Part shown: in pieces, positions 9,830-18,129 of the stretch
How positions within the stretch are numbered: the first letter of the stretch is position 1
Layout of the letters: each line of letters opens with the position of its first letter
IMG/VR virus record: IMGVR_UViG_3300020045_001604
Location: 1 to 64,000 of that record
DNA: 64,000 nucleotides
Origin: a virus
Lineage: Duplodnaviria > Caudoviricetes
Strand: one strand, 5' to 3'
Made by a program: the position numbers and the translations under genes
The notes under the pieces: generated by a model
What the model was told of the DNA's origin: nothing
The model's input: only the letters and a program-made list of their open reading frames with translations
The model's database searches: none

Positions 9830-10461
9830 TGGCTTTTGTGTATAGACATATTAGATTAGATAATGGAAATCCATTCTATATAGGAATAGGAAAAAGTGAA
9901 GCAAGAGCATATTCAACAAAAGGTAGAAGTAAGTTCTGGCAAAGAATAGTAGACAAATGTGGATATGAAGTTGAGATATTATTTGATAATTTAGATTATG
10001 AACAAGCTAAATTAAAAGAACAAGAGTTTATATCTCTTTACGGTAGAGCAAATACTTGCAATGGACTCTTATGTAACCTAACTGATGGAGGAGATGGTAG
10101 TTTAGGCTATAAACCTACAGAAGAAGCATTATTAAAAATAAGTAATACTAGTAAAGGTAGAGTAAAAAGTGTAGAGCAAATAGAAAAATGGAAAAGTAAA
10201 ATGAATTTTACTAAATCTGATGAGACTAAGGAAAAAATAAGACAGAGTTTATTAAATAAACCTCACACAGAAGAAAGAAAAACAAATCAAAGTAAAGCTC
10301 ATATAGGTAAAAAGTTATCAGATGCTGCAAAATTAAAATTAAGTATCTATTGGAAAGGTAAAAAGAAAAAACCTATATCAGAAGAAACTAGAAAAAAGAT
10401 GTCAGAGTCTAGGAATAAATACGTATTAAAACAACAAGAAATAATAAAGCTCCTTAATTAG
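9829..10461 (+). CDS. GIY-YIG homing endonuclease with NUMOD3-like repeats (210 aa)
   Basis: VY-x10-YIG N-terminus (FVYRHIRLDNGNPFYIGIG), NLTDGGDG, and Lys-rich repeats (KSDETKEKIRQS, HTEERKTNQSKA, ISEETRKKMSES). Confidence 0.8.
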   Translation: MAFVYRHIRLDNGNPFYIGIGKSEARAYSTKGRSKFWQRIVDKCGYEVEILFDNLDYEQAKLKEQEFISLYGRANTCNGLLCNLTDGGDGSLGYKPTEEALLKISNTSKGRVKSVEQIEKWKSKMNFTKSDETKEKIRQSLLNKPHTEERKTNQSKAHIGKKLSDAAKLKLSIYWKGKKKKPISEETRKKMSESRNKYVLKQQEIIKLLN

Positions 10462-10471
10462 GAGCTTTATT
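10443..10471. terminator. Bidirectional terminator-like hairpin at convergent gene junction
   Basis: ATAAAGCTCCT-TAATT-AGGAGCTTTAT with A/T tails on both sides. Confidence 0.6.
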
Positions 10472-10472
10472 T

Positions 10473-10655
10473 TTATGGTTTCACAACATTCTTTTTCATA
10501 GGACCTTCTGGTCTTTGATCTGGTGGTGTTGAGATTACCTCGATAGCCTTAGCGATTGCAACAGCCTGTTGTAGCGTGAATGCTCCTTTTAGTTGAGCGT
10601 CGTTAGCAGCTTGGACAAGTATTCCTAATGCTTGATTTACATCCATGTTCTCCAT
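10473..10655 (-). CDS. Hypothetical protein (60 aa)
   Basis: ORF preceded by a TATATTTG box at 10676-10683 (minus). Confidence 0.6.
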   Translation of the reverse strand: MENMDVNQALGILVQAANDAQLKGAFTLQQAVAIAKAIEVISTPPDQRPEGPMKKNVVKP

Positions 10656-10694
10656 AATATATTTGATTTTATTTGCAAATATAGTGAAATTATT

Positions 10695-11153
10695 TTATTG
10701 TGTAAATATTATTTGACCTATCCCTGTAGCGGTACCTGCTGGAGAAACATTACAGCTAAAAGTATAACTATAAGTTCCAGCAGATAAAGTAAATGTTGTT
10801 GAGTTTAAAGTTCCAGGACCTAACTGCCTAGCTCTTCTAGCGTTTCCATTTATATTGATATTGGTATCTGTAGTAACAAATCCTGTTGAAGTTGATCTAG
10901 CATTAAAAGTAGCAGCTGAACCTACTATAGTAACTGTTCCACTATAACTACCAAAACCCGTACCTGTGTAAGAATACGAACTGCTAAACGTAACTGAATT
11001 AACTGGAGCAGGACTGTATCCGTAAAAATCAGATATTCTGTCGGGCGTATTAAAATCAGCTATGTCGCTTAATACTCTAAGAGAACCACTAGAAGTTCCT
11101 AATTCGTTTCGAATCATATTTATAGATAAGGTCCCTGAAGGTGGTAATGCCAT
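10695..11153 (-). CDS. Tail-fibre-associated virion protein (152 aa)
   Basis: MALPPSGTLSINMIRNELG N-terminus, commonly seen downstream of phage fibres, followed by a Thr/Ser/Gly-rich beta domain. Confidence 0.5.
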   Translation of the reverse strand: MALPPSGTLSINMIRNELGTSSGSLRVLSDIADFNTPDRISDFYGYSPAPVNSVTFSSSYSYTGTGFGSYSGTVTIVGSAATFNARSTSTGFVTTDTNININGNARRARQLGPGTLNSTTFTLSAGTYSYTFSCNVSPAGTATGIGQIIFTQ

Positions 11154-11160
11154 AACTTAT

Positions 11161-11520
11161 TTATATTGTCGGTACTTCTGGAGTTGGTTGTGCCCAAGGA
11201 GAAGGTACAGGTTCGTATTTAGGATTTATCTTAGCTTCAATTTGTTTTACAATACGCTCCTGCATATGCGCAACATCAGCGGTAGCTTCCAACCAAGCTA
11301 CAATATTATCTGGTTGTAATTGTGAAAAAGGAATATAGTTTTGCGTATCTTCTGGTAAAGGCATAGGAGTTGCTCCTGCAAATATTCCTTCTACACCATT
11401 TTCGTCTACACCAACATAGTTGTATCTAACTCTTGTTACTACGTCTGTTAAATCCCCTAACACTGGAGCTATCTCCAGTTTCATTGTGTCATCTGTTAAG
11501 AATGTGAATGTGATTGCCAT
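11161..11520 (-). CDS. Putative tail fibre assembly/accessory protein (119 aa)
   Basis: Directly follows the fibre; YIPFSQL..IVAWLE..P.PW motif typical of fibre accessory proteins. Confidence 0.5.
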   Translation of the reverse strand: MAITFTFLTDDTMKLEIAPVLGDLTDVVTRVRYNYVGVDENGVEGIFAGATPMPLPEDTQNYIPFSQLQPDNIVAWLEATADVAHMQERIVKQIEAKINPKYEPVPSPWAQPTPEVPTI

Positions 11521-14500
11521 TATTTTTTTATTAATTGATTAACCAATTGTTTTAATTCTTCTATTTGTGTTTGTTGTTCTTTTATTGCTTCAATAAGTAA
11601 AGGTGTTAATTTACCATAATCAAGAGTCTTATATCCGTGCCCAATAGGAGCATCTTTAATTATTTCTGGAAGTATAGCTTCAACTTCTTGAGCAGAGACA
11701 CCAACTTCCTCCTTGTATTTATATCCTAATTTTTGAGCTTTAGCATTAGGTGTATAGTAAAATCCATTCAAAGATAAAACTTTTTCTAATGCGTTTTGAA
11801 TGTTTCCTTTTTTATCTTTAAGTCTTTCATCTGAATAGTATGCAACAACATCCCCCGCAACTCTAATTGAGTCCCCTGTTGAAGAACCATCAAAATAGTA
11901 AGATGTATTATTATAATCATAAAAAACAGTTCCGTAAACAGCTCCGCTAAAATTAGAATATGAAGAATAATTTCCAGTATGTAATAATGTTTGCCAAGCA
12001 TACCAACTTCCTGATTGTTGTCTTCTAATACGAACATCATCACCCCAAAACGAGTATGCCATTTGCCATCTATATCCATCAGATCCACTCCAGCTATTAC
12101 CAGCTACAGTAAGCCAGTTCCACCAATCTGTACTAGGCATTCCTGTTACACCGCTTCCGAAATAGAACCCTGATGAGTTAGAAGAATCCGAAGTGTTGGC
12201 ATTTGTATTATTTTTTGACCTACCGTTTGCTCCATCACCATACACAACATTGTTTGCTCCTGAAAATGTACCTGCTACTGCAAGGTTATTTATGTTAGAC
12301 GTAGATGTAGGATCTACATAATATCCTGTATTATCACTATCGTAGAAGATAGGTGCTCTAAAATCCCCAGTTGCAGATATTGTACTATCTCCATCAGTCC
12401 AAAGCCTTTTCCAGGAGTTATATACACCAGCGTCACCATTTCTCGTTCTTATAAAAAAAGCATTTCCTCCACCTCCATATCCACCTCCTAACCATAAATC
12501 ATATCCACCACCAGTGCTAAACCTAGCAATTGGACCATAAAAGGGGGCATTATTAGCATAAGTAAATCCAGATGCATTAGAGTCCATTGTATTAGCATCA
12601 AGAGTAAATCCTTGATAATAAAATATATTACTAGGTTTACTAGTTACATTACTCCAAGGAACACTTGTTGGTGTTACACCACTAGTACCACTAGTACCAC
12701 TAGCTCCTGATCCAGAAGTTCCACTTGTACCATTAACACCAGAGGTGCCGTTAACACCTGATGTCCCGCTAACTCCGGATGTACCTGATGTTCCATTAAC
12801 ACCACTTGTACCATTAACACCAGACGTACCTGAGGTTCCATCTACTCCGCTAGATCCTGAACTTCCTGACGTTCCTGTAGTACCTGACGTACCGTCAATT
12901 GCACTAGTTCCACTAGAGCCGGACGTTCCTGTAGTTCCAGAACTACCCGAAGTTCCAGTTGTTCCAGAAGATCCGCTAGTACCAGTTGACCCAGAAGTAC
13001 CTGATGTACCTGATTCAGCTGCAATAGATGTTGTTACATAAGAATACTCTCCATCCTCCGTATACCAAGATACTATTTTTGATGTGCTTTGATTATTACT
13101 AACGTATATCTTAACAATCATTCTGTCTGTTGCAGATATAGCTGTATGTGGGAACACGAAGTCTACATTAGCCTCGGCAGGAATTCCAGTTCCGTTCCAA
13201 GGTATATTTATAGCTGCTGAAGTTGCTGGAGATCCATAAGGCACTCCTGATGAATTAGCAAGCTGTAATGTTACATAAAGTAATATTATATCGTTTGACT
13301 GCTCCTTAAGAGCATGAAAATGAAATCTCTGAACTCCAGAAGGTATAATTGTAAATCCTAGTTGATTAGTCATGAACTCTTGAACAAGAGCGTCCTGTTG
13401 ATTACCGGCTAGATTTAGTGTTATTGTTTGTAGTGCTGCTAATGTAGGAGTTGTACTTAGTAATTTATATGGAGATACAGAAGAATTTTCGCTATTATTA
13501 AAATAATATACTCTACCTCCACTAACTCCATCTATACCGGATGTTCCTCCAGTTCCTGAAGTCCCAGTTGTACCGCTTGTACCACTTGATCCAGAGCTTC
13601 CAGAAGTACCCGTTGTACCAGAAGTACCGTTACTACCATCTGTACCAGAAGTACCTGTAGTTCCCGATGTTCCCGATGTTCCCCCCGTACCATCAGTTCC
13701 ACTAGATCCGGATGTTCCGCTACTACCTCCTGTACCATCAGTACCTGATGTTCCTGAACTACCAGATGTTCCATTACTTCCGTCTGTTCCTGAGCTTCCG
13801 CTTGATCCGCTAGTTCCGTCTATACCTGATGTTCCGTCTATACCAGACGTTCCGTTTGTTCCGTTTGTTCCGCTACTTCCTGAGCTACCTGACGTACCAG
13901 AAGATCCTCCTGTACCGTCTGTTGCAGATGTACCGCTACTACCACTGGTTGCTGATGTACCGCTCGTTCCGTTACTTCCGTCAGTGCCTGAAGTGCCACT
14001 GCTACCGCTTGAGCCTGATGTACCTCCTGTTCCGTCTGTACCGCTTGATCCACTAGTCCCAGAACTTCCTGATGACCCGCTAGAGCCTGAAGTTCCACTA
14101 GTACCATCGACCGGTGAATAAGCACTAAGAAGAGATACCATGTAGTCCTCATCCTCCTCCATGTATCCGTTTCCTTCTCTATACTCTACGGTTACTAAGA
14201 AAAAATTAGGCTCTTCATCGTATATTACAACATCCGTTACCTTATAGTAACCAAATGAATTTATGTCTTTTGATTTAAATAATAGTATCTCAGTTCCATT
14301 TAAAAAATTTAAATACTCAGATACATCATTTTGTTTTGTTGTGTACTTACTAAGTAAAAATGTGGTTATAGCAGAAAAATTAACCGTCGGTCCAATCTCT
14401 GGATTAAAGGTTAATGTTCCATTTGGTCTTTGCTCTAACGGATCTAAAGTATAGTACTTATACTGTATTGGAACCCCTATATTTATTACCTGATTATCAT

Positions 14501-14627
14501 TAAAGTACTCAGCTAATTTTTTAGGTGTAAAGTTCTTAGTTCTATTCTGATTATTAACATCAGATCCAATCCACTTATCAAGTGCGGTTATCTTTTCGTC
14601 TAATGTATATGTACTTATTTTTGTCAT
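11520..14627 (-). CDS. Tail fibre / receptor-binding protein with GTSG repeats and C-terminal Peptidase S74 chaperone (1035 aa)
   Basis: Two long Gly-Thr-Ser repeat blocks; C-terminal YSDERLK..L.GFYY..GVSAQEVE.ILPE..LIEAIKE intramolecular chaperone signature. Confidence 0.85.
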   Translation of the reverse strand: MTKISTYTLDEKITALDKWIGSDVNNQNRTKNFTPKKLAEYFNDNQVINIGVPIQYKYYTLDPLEQRPNGTLTFNPEIGPTVNFSAITTFLLSKYTTKQNDVSEYLNFLNGTEILLFKSKDINSFGYYKVTDVVIYDEEPNFFLVTVEYREGNGYMEEDEDYMVSLLSAYSPVDGTSGTSGSSGSSGSSGTSGSSGTDGTGGTSGSSGSSGTSGTDGSNGTSGTSATSGSSGTSATDGTGGSSGTSGSSGSSGTNGTNGTSGIDGTSGIDGTSGSSGSSGTDGSNGTSGSSGTSGTDGTGGSSGTSGSSGTDGTGGTSGTSGTTGTSGTDGSNGTSGTTGTSGSSGSSGTSGTTGTSGTGGTSGIDGVSGGRVYYFNNSENSSVSPYKLLSTTPTLAALQTITLNLAGNQQDALVQEFMTNQLGFTIIPSGVQRFHFHALKEQSNDIILLYVTLQLANSSGVPYGSPATSAAINIPWNGTGIPAEANVDFVFPHTAISATDRMIVKIYVSNNQSTSKIVSWYTEDGEYSYVTTSIAAESGTSGTSGSTGTSGSSGTTGTSGSSGTTGTSGSSGTSAIDGTSGTTGTSGSSGSSGVDGTSGTSGVNGTSGVNGTSGTSGVSGTSGVNGTSGVNGTSGTSGSGASGTSGTSGVTPTSVPWSNVTSKPSNIFYYQGFTLDANTMDSNASGFTYANNAPFYGPIARFSTGGGYDLWLGGGYGGGGNAFFIRTRNGDAGVYNSWKRLWTDGDSTISATGDFRAPIFYDSDNTGYYVDPTSTSNINNLAVAGTFSGANNVVYGDGANGRSKNNTNANTSDSSNSSGFYFGSGVTGMPSTDWWNWLTVAGNSWSGSDGYRWQMAYSFWGDDVRIRRQQSGSWYAWQTLLHTGNYSSYSNFSGAVYGTVFYDYNNTSYYFDGSSTGDSIRVAGDVVAYYSDERLKDKKGNIQNALEKVLSLNGFYYTPNAKAQKLGYKYKEEVGVSAQEVEAILPEIIKDAPIGHGYKTLDYGKLTPLLIEAIKEQQTQIEELKQLVNQLIKK
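12675..13015 (-). repeat. Coding GTS/GSS/GTT tripeptide repeat, block 2
   Basis: About 110 aa of GTSGSTGTSGSS..GVNGTS repeats, imperfect at the DNA level. Confidence 0.9.
13520..14108 (-). repeat. Coding GTS/GSS/GTD tripeptide repeat, block 1
   Basis: About 195 aa of DGTSGTSGSSGSSG..GTDG repeats, imperfect at the DNA level. Confidence 0.9.
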
Positions 14628-14628
14628 A

Positions 14629-14763
14629 TTACTTTCCTTGACCGCGATTTTTCTTCACGTAATTTTTACTTGACTTTAGTTTTGAAGTTTTTGACTTGGC
14701 ATGAACTCCAGGCCTGTTAATCTTCTTAGACTCCTTCTTGTTTGATTCTGTCTGCTTAGCCAT
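14629..14763 (-). CDS. Small Lys-rich protein (44 aa; not in ORF track)
   Basis: MAKQTESNKKESKKINRPGVHAKSKTSKLKSSKNYVKKNRGQGK, filling the gap between flanking genes. Confidence 0.65.
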   Translation of the reverse strand: MAKQTESNKKESKKINRPGVHAKSKTSKLKSSKNYVKKNRGQGK

Positions 14764-15227
14764 TATAAGAATATTTTGTTTTTGATCTGTCTATAAACAT
14801 ACATTCCGACAGGTATGAGTAATAACCATAAATAAACAAAATTGTTTACTTTTTTGTCTACCTTTTTTTCGAAAGTTTTTTTAATACCTTCTCTTTTTAC
14901 ATTTAACTTTTTTACAGAAGATACTTTTGAAATTTCTTTTGTTTTATCTATGGTTTCTTTTTTTGATTTCTTGCTTTTTATAACTACGTTTTTAAAAACC
15001 TTTCCGTCAATTTCCATTGGCTTTGAGGTGTCCTTTGCTGTATACTCAACCTCATCTGTAGACTCTATTACAACTACGTTATTATCTTTAACGTACGTTC
15101 CGTCTACCTTTACTTCAGACATACTATCAACCTTAGTCTCCACAGTCACCTTAGATACATCTACTTTTCTAGACGCACAAGAATGAAGTAGTAGTACACT
15201 AATAAATAGTATAAGCAGTCTTACCAT
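14763..15227 (-). CDS. Lipoprotein, candidate unimolecular spanin (154 aa)
   Basis: Signal peptide with lipobox LLHSC plus a C-terminal hydrophobic helix (FVYLWLLLIPVGMYVY); directly after the endolysin. Confidence 0.55.
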   Translation of the reverse strand: MVRLLILFISVLLLHSCASRKVDVSKVTVETKVDSMSEVKVDGTYVKDNNVVVIESTDEVEYTAKDTSKPMEIDGKVFKNVVIKSKKSKKETIDKTKEISKVSSVKKLNVKREGIKKTFEKKVDKKVNNFVYLWLLLIPVGMYVYRQIKNKIFL

Positions 15228-15657
15228 TTTTTTTTATTGCTTTAAGTATTTGTTTTCTTTGCTTTCCTTTTGATTCGTAAGAGACGTGTACCCAGTCAGG
15301 GTTTTTATCTGTGCCGAACTCCCATATTAACTGATCAAAAACTAGGTTGTCTTTAATGTAATTGAATATTTTAGCATTTGTAATATCTGTTCCGTCCATG
15401 TCTATATCCATAGCCTCACCAGAACAGTGTTGACTTGATAATGATCCTTTTATAGCTTTATTTAAAGCTAAACTTCTATATCCGGAACTTATATGTATCG
15501 GAGTGTTAAAGTGATCTCTAATGGGCTGAAAAACGTTTTTAGCTAGCTTTTTCATATTATCTAAGTGCTCTGCTGTAGGTTCGTTTTTTATTCCGTTCCT
15601 TTTAGCAGATTCGCTACTAATCATTTCGGCCAGTGACAGGTTCTTAGATAGATTCAT
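15199..15657 (-). CDS. Endolysin, peptidase M15A family (152 aa)
   Basis: SGYRS..N..SQH..GEAMDID..WVHVSY zinc-peptidase motifs. Confidence 0.85.
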   Translation of the reverse strand: MNLSKNLSLAEMISSESAKRNGIKNEPTAEHLDNMKKLAKNVFQPIRDHFNTPIHISSGYRSLALNKAIKGSLSSQHCSGEAMDIDMDGTDITNAKIFNYIKDNLVFDQLIWEFGTDKNPDWVHVSYESKGKQRKQILKAIKKNGKTAYTIY

Positions 15658-15950
15658 GATTTTGAAAATATTTTAACCAATATTGTAGCTAGAGATCCTA
15701 GTATAATAACTATTACAACTTTGAACTGGTTTACGTATACTGACACTTCATTCTTAAATGTCTCAAGATCCTCAACGCGGTCCTCTATTTCGTTTATCTT
15801 GAATAGCATCCCGTGGTTGTTGTTTAGTTCGTTTCCAACAATAGCGTTCTTAATGTCTCTAATGTTTTCACCAACTATAGCTAGATCTTCAACAAGTTCT
15901 TGCTGTTTTTTTTCAAGTCTGTCCAATCTCTCTATCTCTAAATTACTCAT
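15654..15950 (-). CDS. Membrane-anchored coiled-coil protein, lysis-associated (98 aa)
   Basis: Coiled coil plus a C-terminal TM helix (VVIVIILGSLATILV); between holin candidate and endolysin. Confidence 0.45.
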   Translation of the reverse strand: MSNLEIERLDRLEKKQQELVEDLAIVGENIRDIKNAIVGNELNNNHGMLFKINEIEDRVEDLETFKNEVSVYVNQFKVVIVIILGSLATILVKIFSKS

Positions 15951-16134
15951 TTTTCTTTATGGATAATTTTTCGACAATATCTGTAACTCCTTGAATACTA
16001 ATATATGCAGTAGCTATAATTACCCAATCAGAGGAGGTTAGTGTTCCTGAAAATAATCCAGCACAACCTATAAGAAAAACAAAAAGCTTTCTACTTATCC
16101 ATCTGTTTATTATTGTATCAAGGTTCTTACGCAT
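15943..16134 (-). CDS. Putative holin (63 aa)
   Basis: Two short hydrophobic segments, basic N-terminus (WISRKLFV), lysis-cluster position. Confidence 0.55.
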   Translation of the reverse strand: MRKNLDTIINRWISRKLFVFLIGCAGLFSGTLTSSDWVIIATAYISIQGVTDIVEKLSIKKNE

Positions 16135-16135
16135 A

Positions 16136-16396
16136 CTACCAAAGAGCTACTATTCCTGTAGCTGTTGTTGTTGTTGAGAATACGCGAACTACTTGGATTG
16201 GTAATACTACTCCTGCTGGAACAGCATTTAATGTAATGTCATCACCTCCTGCGGTAAGAACTCTAATAATTCCTCCTGATCCTGTATACAATACGCAAGG
16301 ATCTGCTTGAGCAGCTCCATTAACTGAAGGAATATTTTCTGTATCTGATTTAACTACTGCTAAACCTCTACTCTGTTGTAATTTTTGATAAGCCAT
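16136..16396 (-). CDS. Putative head spike-base/decoration protein (86 aa)
   Basis: LYTGSGG.IRV..GGD.ITL..VPAG.VLPIQVVRV..T.TTATGIVALW resembles the RcGTA Rcc01079 spike-base family, from recall. Confidence 0.55.
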   Translation of the reverse strand: MAYQKLQQSRGLAVVKSDTENIPSVNGAAQADPCVLYTGSGGIIRVLTAGGDDITLNAVPAGVVLPIQVVRVFSTTTTATGIVALW

Positions 16397-16612
16397 TTAT
16401 TTTAATACTTTGTTTATTAGTAAATTAGGATTGTTTAGTTTTGCCTTTCTAGCAGCACATCCACAGTCCTTTCCTGTTTTTTCTGATATGGTATCTACTA
16501 CTTTTTTTATTCCTGTCTTAGTAGTAACTAACTCAATTGCGTTTCCTAGTAACATATTATTTATTTTTTTTACCTCTTGCTCTTTTGTCTCCAGGCATGT
16601 CATTAGTATCAC
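16397..16612 (-). CDS. Hypothetical protein with DCGC motif
   Basis: TGIKKVVD..KDCGCAARKAKLN; the true start is probably internal (MLLGNAI). Confidence 0.55.
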   Translation of the reverse strand: MILMTCLETKEQEVKKINNMLLGNAIELVTTKTGIKKVVDTISEKTGKDCGCAARKAKLNNPNLLINKVLK

Positions 16613-16832
16613 CTCTGTTAACTGATGCCTTCTTCATTACGTACCCCTTCTTCGTGTGTGCTAGGTCCATACCGTTCTTATCTCCGTATGTTCCTCTTTT
16701 ACGATTCTCTCGGTTAAGCTCTACTCGTTTAGCTACTTGTTTATCAGATTTATTATATTCCTTCTGATACTCGTTACGCTTTTTTCTAGCTTCTGGATTC
16801 TCTTTGTAATATGTAGCAGTTTTACCTGGCAT
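16557..16832 (-). CDS. Small basic protein (91 aa), possible degenerate HNH-like domain
   Basis: Arg/Lys-rich; GDKNGMDLAH..SVNRG resembles an HNH-like remnant. Confidence 0.5.
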   Translation of the reverse strand: MPGKTATYYKENPEARKKRNEYQKEYNKSDKQVAKRVELNRENRKRGTYGDKNGMDLAHTKKGYVMKKASVNRGDTNDMPGDKRARGKKNK

Positions 16833-17490
16833 TATTTCTTCTTTTTTATCTTTTTTTCTTGTTTAAGCATCTCCTTAGTTGGAGCCTTTCCACTTCCAGC
16901 ATTAGCTCTAATGTTATCCCAAAGTCCTCTTTTAGATACTGATCCGTCTTTTCTTTTTATCATCTTCATACTACCATTTTACTTTATCAGCCCAGTACGC
17001 TGCACTTGACTTACCCTTAGATATATTCTTGCCGTGTCTTGCTTTAAATGAAGCTCTCTTTGCTTTCATTGCATCGCTTTCTCCTGCCTTTGGTTTTCCT
17101 GCTGTCTTAGCTCCCTGCTCTCCGAATCGGATTATCTTTTCCTTTCCATTAGTGCATGCCTTTACAACATGAGATTTTGTTGGATGGCTAGGCGTTCTCT
17201 TAGGAGCATTGCATTTCATTGACTTTTTATCAACCATACTACTTCTTTTTAGACTTTCCCGCCTTTGACAATGCGATAGCAATAGCCTGCTTTTGAGGCT
17301 TACCGTGCTTCATCTCTGTTCTTATATTAGCGCTAATTGTTTTAGTACTCTTTCCTGACTTTAGCGGCATAACTTATTTCTTTACGTTACCCTTTAAATA
17401 ACTCATTTTACCATTAAGAGACTTTTTTGACTCGTACTGAGCTGCTTTTTTCTTTCCAGCAGCCATGCTAGGTGCACATTTTTTCTTCAT
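16832..17490 (-). CDS. Cluster of four Lys-rich microproteins (16832..16969, 45 aa; 16971..17237, 88 aa; 17239..17370, 43 aa; 17374..17490, 38 aa)
   Basis: Hand translation: [20 protein letters not shown]..; [21 protein letters not shown]; [21 protein letters not shown]; [15 protein letters not shown]... The ORFs are tightly packed. Confidence 0.7.
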
Positions 17491-17504
17491 AGCTATAAAT
17501 TATT

Positions 17505-17520
17505 TATCTTTGCAAAGATA
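17505..17520. promoter_or_regulatory. Palindromic bidirectional -7 promoter
   Basis: TATCTTTGCAAAGATA is a perfect 16-bp palindrome giving TATCTTTG on both strands, between divergent ATGs at 17490 and 17536. Confidence 0.65.
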
Positions 17521-17535
17521 TTAAATTTAATTCAA

Positions 17536-18129
17536 ATGAAATTTACTAAAATAATCAAGAAAACCTACACAAGGGTCGAACCAAAGTCAGATTATCTTAA
17601 ATACTGGCGCATTGTTCGTATATGGGCAAGAGAAAAACACGGCCTAAGCTACTCAGACCTAGAGATGCTACTATTTTTACACAGCGAGAGGCTTTTTAAC
17701 AAGTCAAAGTTCGTAGAATTCAACAAGATGATGTCGTGGGACAATGTAAGATTCGCTAGACTGTACCGTGACGGATGGATTAGCAAGTGGAGGGACCGTA
17801 TCGGGAATGAGGCAACGCTATATGAGGTGTCGTTGAAGGGTAGAAATCTTATAAAGGCTATCTACAAGAAGCTAGAAGGCGAGCAGACTATATCAGAATC
17901 ACCTAGCGCCAACCCGATGTTTCAAAAAAGAAACAGTGGGTACGCTATGGACCGTGATAAGACTATAATTCGTAAGATGAATCGTACAAGAAAAGAAAAA
18001 AAGAGGCTGTCTGACCTTGCTGAGCAAGAGTACCAGAAGCAGCCTCATGTTATTAAGAGAAGAAAGGAGATAACTCCTTATTTAGAGTACAAAAAGAGTC
18101 TAAAGGACAACGACAACGTCACGCTCTAG
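17536..18129 (+). CDS. Putative winged-helix (MarR-like) DNA-binding protein (197 aa)
   Basis: LS..DLEMLLFL..F..L.RDGWI....LYEVSLKGR.LI pattern; lone plus-strand gene in this minus-strand block. Confidence 0.5.
   Translation: MKFTKIIKKTYTRVEPKSDYLKYWRIVRIWAREKHGLSYSDLEMLLFLHSERLFNKSKFVEFNKMMSWDNVRFARLYRDGWISKWRDRIGNEATLYEVSLKGRNLIKAIYKKLEGEQTISESPSANPMFQKRNSGYAMDRDKTIIRKMNRTRKEKKRLSDLAEQEYQKQPHVIKRRKEITPYLEYKKSLKDNDNVTL

Noticed and set aside
10216-10240. CTGATGAG core in the GIY-YIG gene as a fourth hammerhead
   Set aside because: No stem II or GAAA partner and no flanking stems.
12745-14152. Antisense or alternate-frame ORFs (12745..13041 Pro/Val-rich, 12842, 13532, 13829, 13838)
   Set aside because: Shadow frames produced by the GTS coding repeat.
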